A stretch of 64,000 nucleotides of DNA from a bacterium (GTDB taxonomy: Bacteria; Electryoneota; Electryoneia; Electryoneales; Electryoneaceae). Position 1 is the first letter of the stretch; each line of letters starts with the position of its first letter. The stretch covers positions 5,344,001 through 5,408,000 of the forward strand of contig OY769902.1 in the NCBI GenBank assembly GCA_963669175.1. The letters run 5' to 3'. Both the position numbers and the translations under genes were made by a program. The notes below the pieces were generated by a model that worked only from the letters and a program-made list of their open reading frames with translations, ran no database searches and had not been told where the DNA came from. Below are positions 61,601-64,000 of the stretch, in pieces.

Positions 61601-62672
61601 TCTGGTTTGACCAGGTGCCTTCTGTGTTGGTGTCCTGTGCACGAACTTTCCAGTGGTAGGTCTGGTCGTCCAGCAGATGAGTCATGTCGTAGGAGGTTCC
61701 CATGACCTCTGCCGAGTCCAGGTTCAGGGTGAACGATCCATTCGTTGCCCACCAGACCCAGTAACTGAGTTCATCACCGGGATCGGGATCTGTGGTAGCT
61801 TCCCAGGTCAGGACGGTATCGTAGTCAGCTACGGTCGCTGGCTGTTCCGGAGTCAACAGGTTGAAACTGTTGGGGGTTTCGGGTACATAGATCTCGAACT
61901 GGCGGATTTCCGAAGCCTGACTACGGTTACCGAAGTTATCCTCAGCAACGACAGTCCACCAGTATTCAGTGTCATCCGTACCTTCCCAGTCAATGCTGGT
62001 TTCTTCCTGTGCCAACCCGGTAGTCCAGGGGGCTACGACATCATCAGCCACGTCAGCGGAATCAAATTCTTCTGTCGATACGTAGATATCGTAGGTCAAT
62101 GACGTCGCTGGTTCGAGTGGTGTCGCTGCATCCCACATCAGTTCGACTGTTACTTGTTCTTCAACCCCGTTATCTACCGGCAATTGAAGTCCGAACACGA
62201 CACCGGTCGTTGAAACGACCAGTGTCGAAATGCGTGTATACGGGCTATAACCGAAACGGCCGTTGCCCGTGGTATAGGAAACAATAGCTGTACGTTCAAG
62301 TTCATCTGTGTTGTTCCACAGCCTGAACGACATGGGATTGTTGGTTGTATATCCCGGCAGCGCGTTTCCGCCATCAGCTCCAATGGCGTTAATGCTAACC
62401 GGCCATGTTTGATCGGCGGTGACTTCGATGGCGCCGACACATAGCTCACCATCGAACACGCCGATCTCATCTCCCTGAATCAGGGTGACATCATCCCATA
62501 ACGCATCATCAATGATGATGGTGCTCCAGATCCCTGTAGGGTCAACCGGGTTAAAATGGGTCTGAGCAAGCACAGCCGGGACCATCACCATGAGAAGCAG
62601 GATCGCTACTGAAACTCTCTTCATCATGTATTGTCCTCGATCTTTTGTTGCGTTTGTCGCTTCCTTGTTCAT
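58638..62672 (-). CDS. Large surface protein with about 10 tandem Fn3/SusE-like repeats and a T9SS CTD
   Basis: Repeating F.L.SP..W..DPDP.D..Y..LLDD.TYYWKVRA.D; N-terminal GDEIGVFDGELCVG domain; CTD YPNPFNPTT..SSGLYF..KVLLVK. Alternative start 62627. Confidence 0.88.
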   Translation of the reverse strand: MNKEATNATKDRGQYMMKRVSVAILLLMVMVPAVLAQTHFNPVDPTGIWSTIIIDDALWDDVTLIQGDEIGVFDGELCVGAIEVTADQTWPVSINAIGADGGNALPGYTTNNPMSFRLWNNTDELERTAIVSYTTGNGRFGYSPYTRISTLVVSTTGVVFGLQLPVDNGVEEQVTVELMWDAATPLEPATSLTYDIYVSTEEFDSADVADDVVAPWTTGLAQEETSIDWEGTDDTEYWWTVVAEDNFGNRSQASEIRQFEIYVPETPNSFNLLTPEQPATVADYDTVLTWEATTDPDPGDELSYWVWWATNGSFTLNLDSAEVMGTSYDMTHLLDDQTYHWKVRAQDTNTEGTWSNQTWQFDVYVIEPPDPFSLISPLSATDTCWTGDTTLTWNATTEPDPDDQVNSYMIWYATNSVFTQNLDSVEVFEGTSWDLTHLLDDRTYYWKVRAKDGNTNGTWSTNVGQFHTYIPDAPAAFALSSPANGDTSFTDTQTVTWTASSDADPNGWFYYEVQWGTSADFSDYESYTTSSIQYTIEDISQALLDNGLDELPQDITIYWRVKAQDHLGLVTWATPETGWNFRVYFIEPPAAFDLIGPLSDGGMDTCWTGDTTLVWNATTEPDPDDQLEGYRVWWATDANYTTNLDSALVTTGTTYAMSHLLDDHTYYWKVRAVDNNTNGTWANQEGMFHVYVPEAPGSFILLSPFDGDTSFVDTQEVEWSAAVDPDPNNAFVYELQWSVESDFENYWSYETTETSYLIEDISAVLLNNGLDELPQDTTIYWRVKATDTFDLTTWALPADGWEFRVYFIDPPESFSLISPADESTCWTGDTTLVWHTAAEIDPDDAVHSYVVKYATDANFGQNLETVIVDAPDTSLAITGLFDDRTYYWKVRARDNNTMEGTWSNEVWTFDVYIPETPANFALTSPENEAHVTTGDSIRLWWDEAVDPDPDDVVFYEVEWSLNADFSGEDTWSWVTQATTYRIDGLRPDFDDETLYWRVHCWDEFGFEVWSDAGETGWSFTVHVAENPEPFGLTNPADMATVTESPVTFEWAEAVEPDPGDSIIYYLYIAMDENFTEAIILETETMDYAVEGLEDDTQYWWKVHATDTNTGGTWSNEVWTFNTAFPQPPTPFGLLTPGYGDTLSLEDADSTVFSWLESMDPDPGQMVHYMGAMTISGDDYHGNPQEFTLAVDSLMEAGFVVNVPDTTEARFWWLDYITCTWTIWAVSDGDTVMCDSSFYFYVEPQTSARENPFSGLPTEYSVAAVYPNPFNPTTTVVVGLPEAAPLRVMVYNMLGQQVAVLADDTFNAGFHRVVFNAGDLSSGLYFVRAVTPGKMNQMRKVLLVK

Positions 62673-62688
62673 GGCACACCTCCCGGTC

Positions 62689-64000
62689 TTATTTCAACAG
62701 AACGACTTTACGCACATTGATATGGCCTTCATACTGTACCTGCAGGAAGTAGACACCGCTTGTCAGCTCTGTGCCTGACCGGGTTGCATCGAAGTACAGA
62801 TAATGGAAGCCAGCCTGATAGTTCTGTACAGACCGGTAGACTTCCTGACCGAGAATGTTGAACACCTTTAGGCCTACCTTGCCAGCATTCGGCAATGCGA
62901 TCTTCAGTTTAACCGCCGGGTTGAACGGGTTCGGGAAGCCTTCGCTCAGTTCGAATGTTGTGGGTAACGGGTTGTGTGCCAGGCTCATCGTGCCGTAGGG
63001 ATTATCCTCGAAAACGATCACCTGCTCTGTCATCTTGGTATGCAGTTCCTGACCTGCTTCGTTGTAAACCTTGAAGGTCACACGATGTCCTGGTGTATAA
63101 CCTGCCAGGTTCAAATCGGGGAAGCCACGCCATGCGGTGATAACCGATACCGGCTTATCTTCCATGACATAACTCTTGCCGACGAGGTTGCCGCCATCAT
63201 ACACGGCTATCTGGCTGGCGCCTGCCTGCAGCAGTTCATCATCGAGGTCTACAAGTAACGTCCAGGGGTACCCGGTTCCGGTCGGTGCATCTGCCGGTGT
63301 ACGGACAACCCACACATCTTCAGGATTGGCCAGGATCTGGCTGTGGCCACCACCACCGTATTCAAAGAATACAGTTGCGTCTGTCCAGGTTTCGTATCCG
63401 AGACCTGGTTCCATGTTGCCCATGGTGTTGATGTTCAAGGACGGAATCCAGAAACCGCCATTGTCATCACGAACGATTTCCAGGTTTTCTGCAATGTCAG
63501 CCAACGCGACTGTTACATCCAGGTTGAAGTCAAACGGATATCCCATCCAGTTCCACTGGTTCTGGGTCAGACCGTATTCGACCCCTTCATGATCCAAGGT
63601 CATACCTGTATAGGCAAGCTGCTCAGCCTCTGTACAGAATACCCGGTATCCCTTGCTGTGTGTGACACTGCTGATCTCATCGATTACGCTTGGGATGTAG
63701 GTATTCCCATTGGCCTGTACGACTGTCTGCAGACTGCTGATACCGCCGAACATGGTGGCTGTTGATCCATCTACCGGGTCAACCGGGAAGCTTACCAGGT
63801 TCCAGTAGTATGGAGTGAGATCGATGGTCTGGTCAACATTCCGCATGGCAGAAAGTACCAGTTCCGTAGAACCATCAATTGCGAAAGCCTGGTCGCCGTC
63901 AATGTATTCCGGCAAGCCCCAGAACATCTCGCCAAAGTCAACCGAGTAAATCTTGAACCAGATATCGTTGCCTTCGATGAATCCGGGGTTAATGCCATCG
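62689..64000 (-). CDS. T9SS-CTD surface protein (5' part beyond window)
   Basis: Frame stays open to the window edge; WNLVSFP and WNWMGYP repeats; CTD FPNPFNP..TSGVYF..RKVVLLK. Confidence 0.85.
   Translation of the reverse strand, partial: DGINPGFIEGNDIWFKIYSVDFGEMFWGLPEYIDGDQAFAIDGSTELVLSAMRNVDQTIDLTPYYWNLVSFPVDPVDGSTATMFGGISSLQTVVQANGNTYIPSVIDEISSVTHSKGYRVFCTEAEQLAYTGMTLDHEGVEYGLTQNQWNWMGYPFDFNLDVTVALADIAENLEIVRDDNGGFWIPSLNINTMGNMEPGLGYETWTDATVFFEYGGGGHSQILANPEDVWVVRTPADAPTGTGYPWTLLVDLDDELLQAGASQIAVYDGGNLVGKSYVMEDKPVSVITAWRGFPDLNLAGYTPGHRVTFKVYNEAGQELHTKMTEQVIVFEDNPYGTMSLAHNPLPTTFELSEGFPNPFNPAVKLKIALPNAGKVGLKVFNILGQEVYRSVQNYQAGFHYLYFDATRSGTELTSGVYFLQVQYEGHINVRKVVLLK

Overview
Chromosomal window from a diderm, flagellated bacterium, probably an uncultured FCB-related lineage. 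That placement is inferred from four T9SS/Por C-terminal-domain proteins, a DUF5723-type barrel and many D-(S/T)-x motifs. From left to right it holds: an AT-rich DUF4011/SF1-helicase/Vsr-like gene with a C-terminal GreA-like domain (likely defence); HpnE-like oxidoreductase; a glycosyltransferase converging on a sigma28-driven flagellin; class II RNR (nrdJ); a YtfI/YtfJ-like pair; a Y1 HUH transposase in long REP-type inverted repeats, flanked by 31-bp and 22-bp tandem arrays; kdsD; a prenyl synthase-PTS EIIC/EIID-HPr-EI-PGI/PMI-metK-ahcY run; a lipoprotein plus OM barrel; ssb; a four-gene group 3b [NiFe]-hydrogenase whose large subunit lacks the cleavable tail, preceded by Rex/CRP-like boxes; three paralogous lipoproteins; a porin + 11-heme + 9-heme lipoprotein + tetraheme cytochrome cluster interrupted by a 13 x 49-bp hairpin array; and four large T9SS-CTD surface proteins, two with AT-rich internal blocks. 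Intergenic DNA is rich in REP/MITE-like elements. I found no rRNA, tRNA or CRISPR array. All family assignments come from motif recognition by eye, not database searches.
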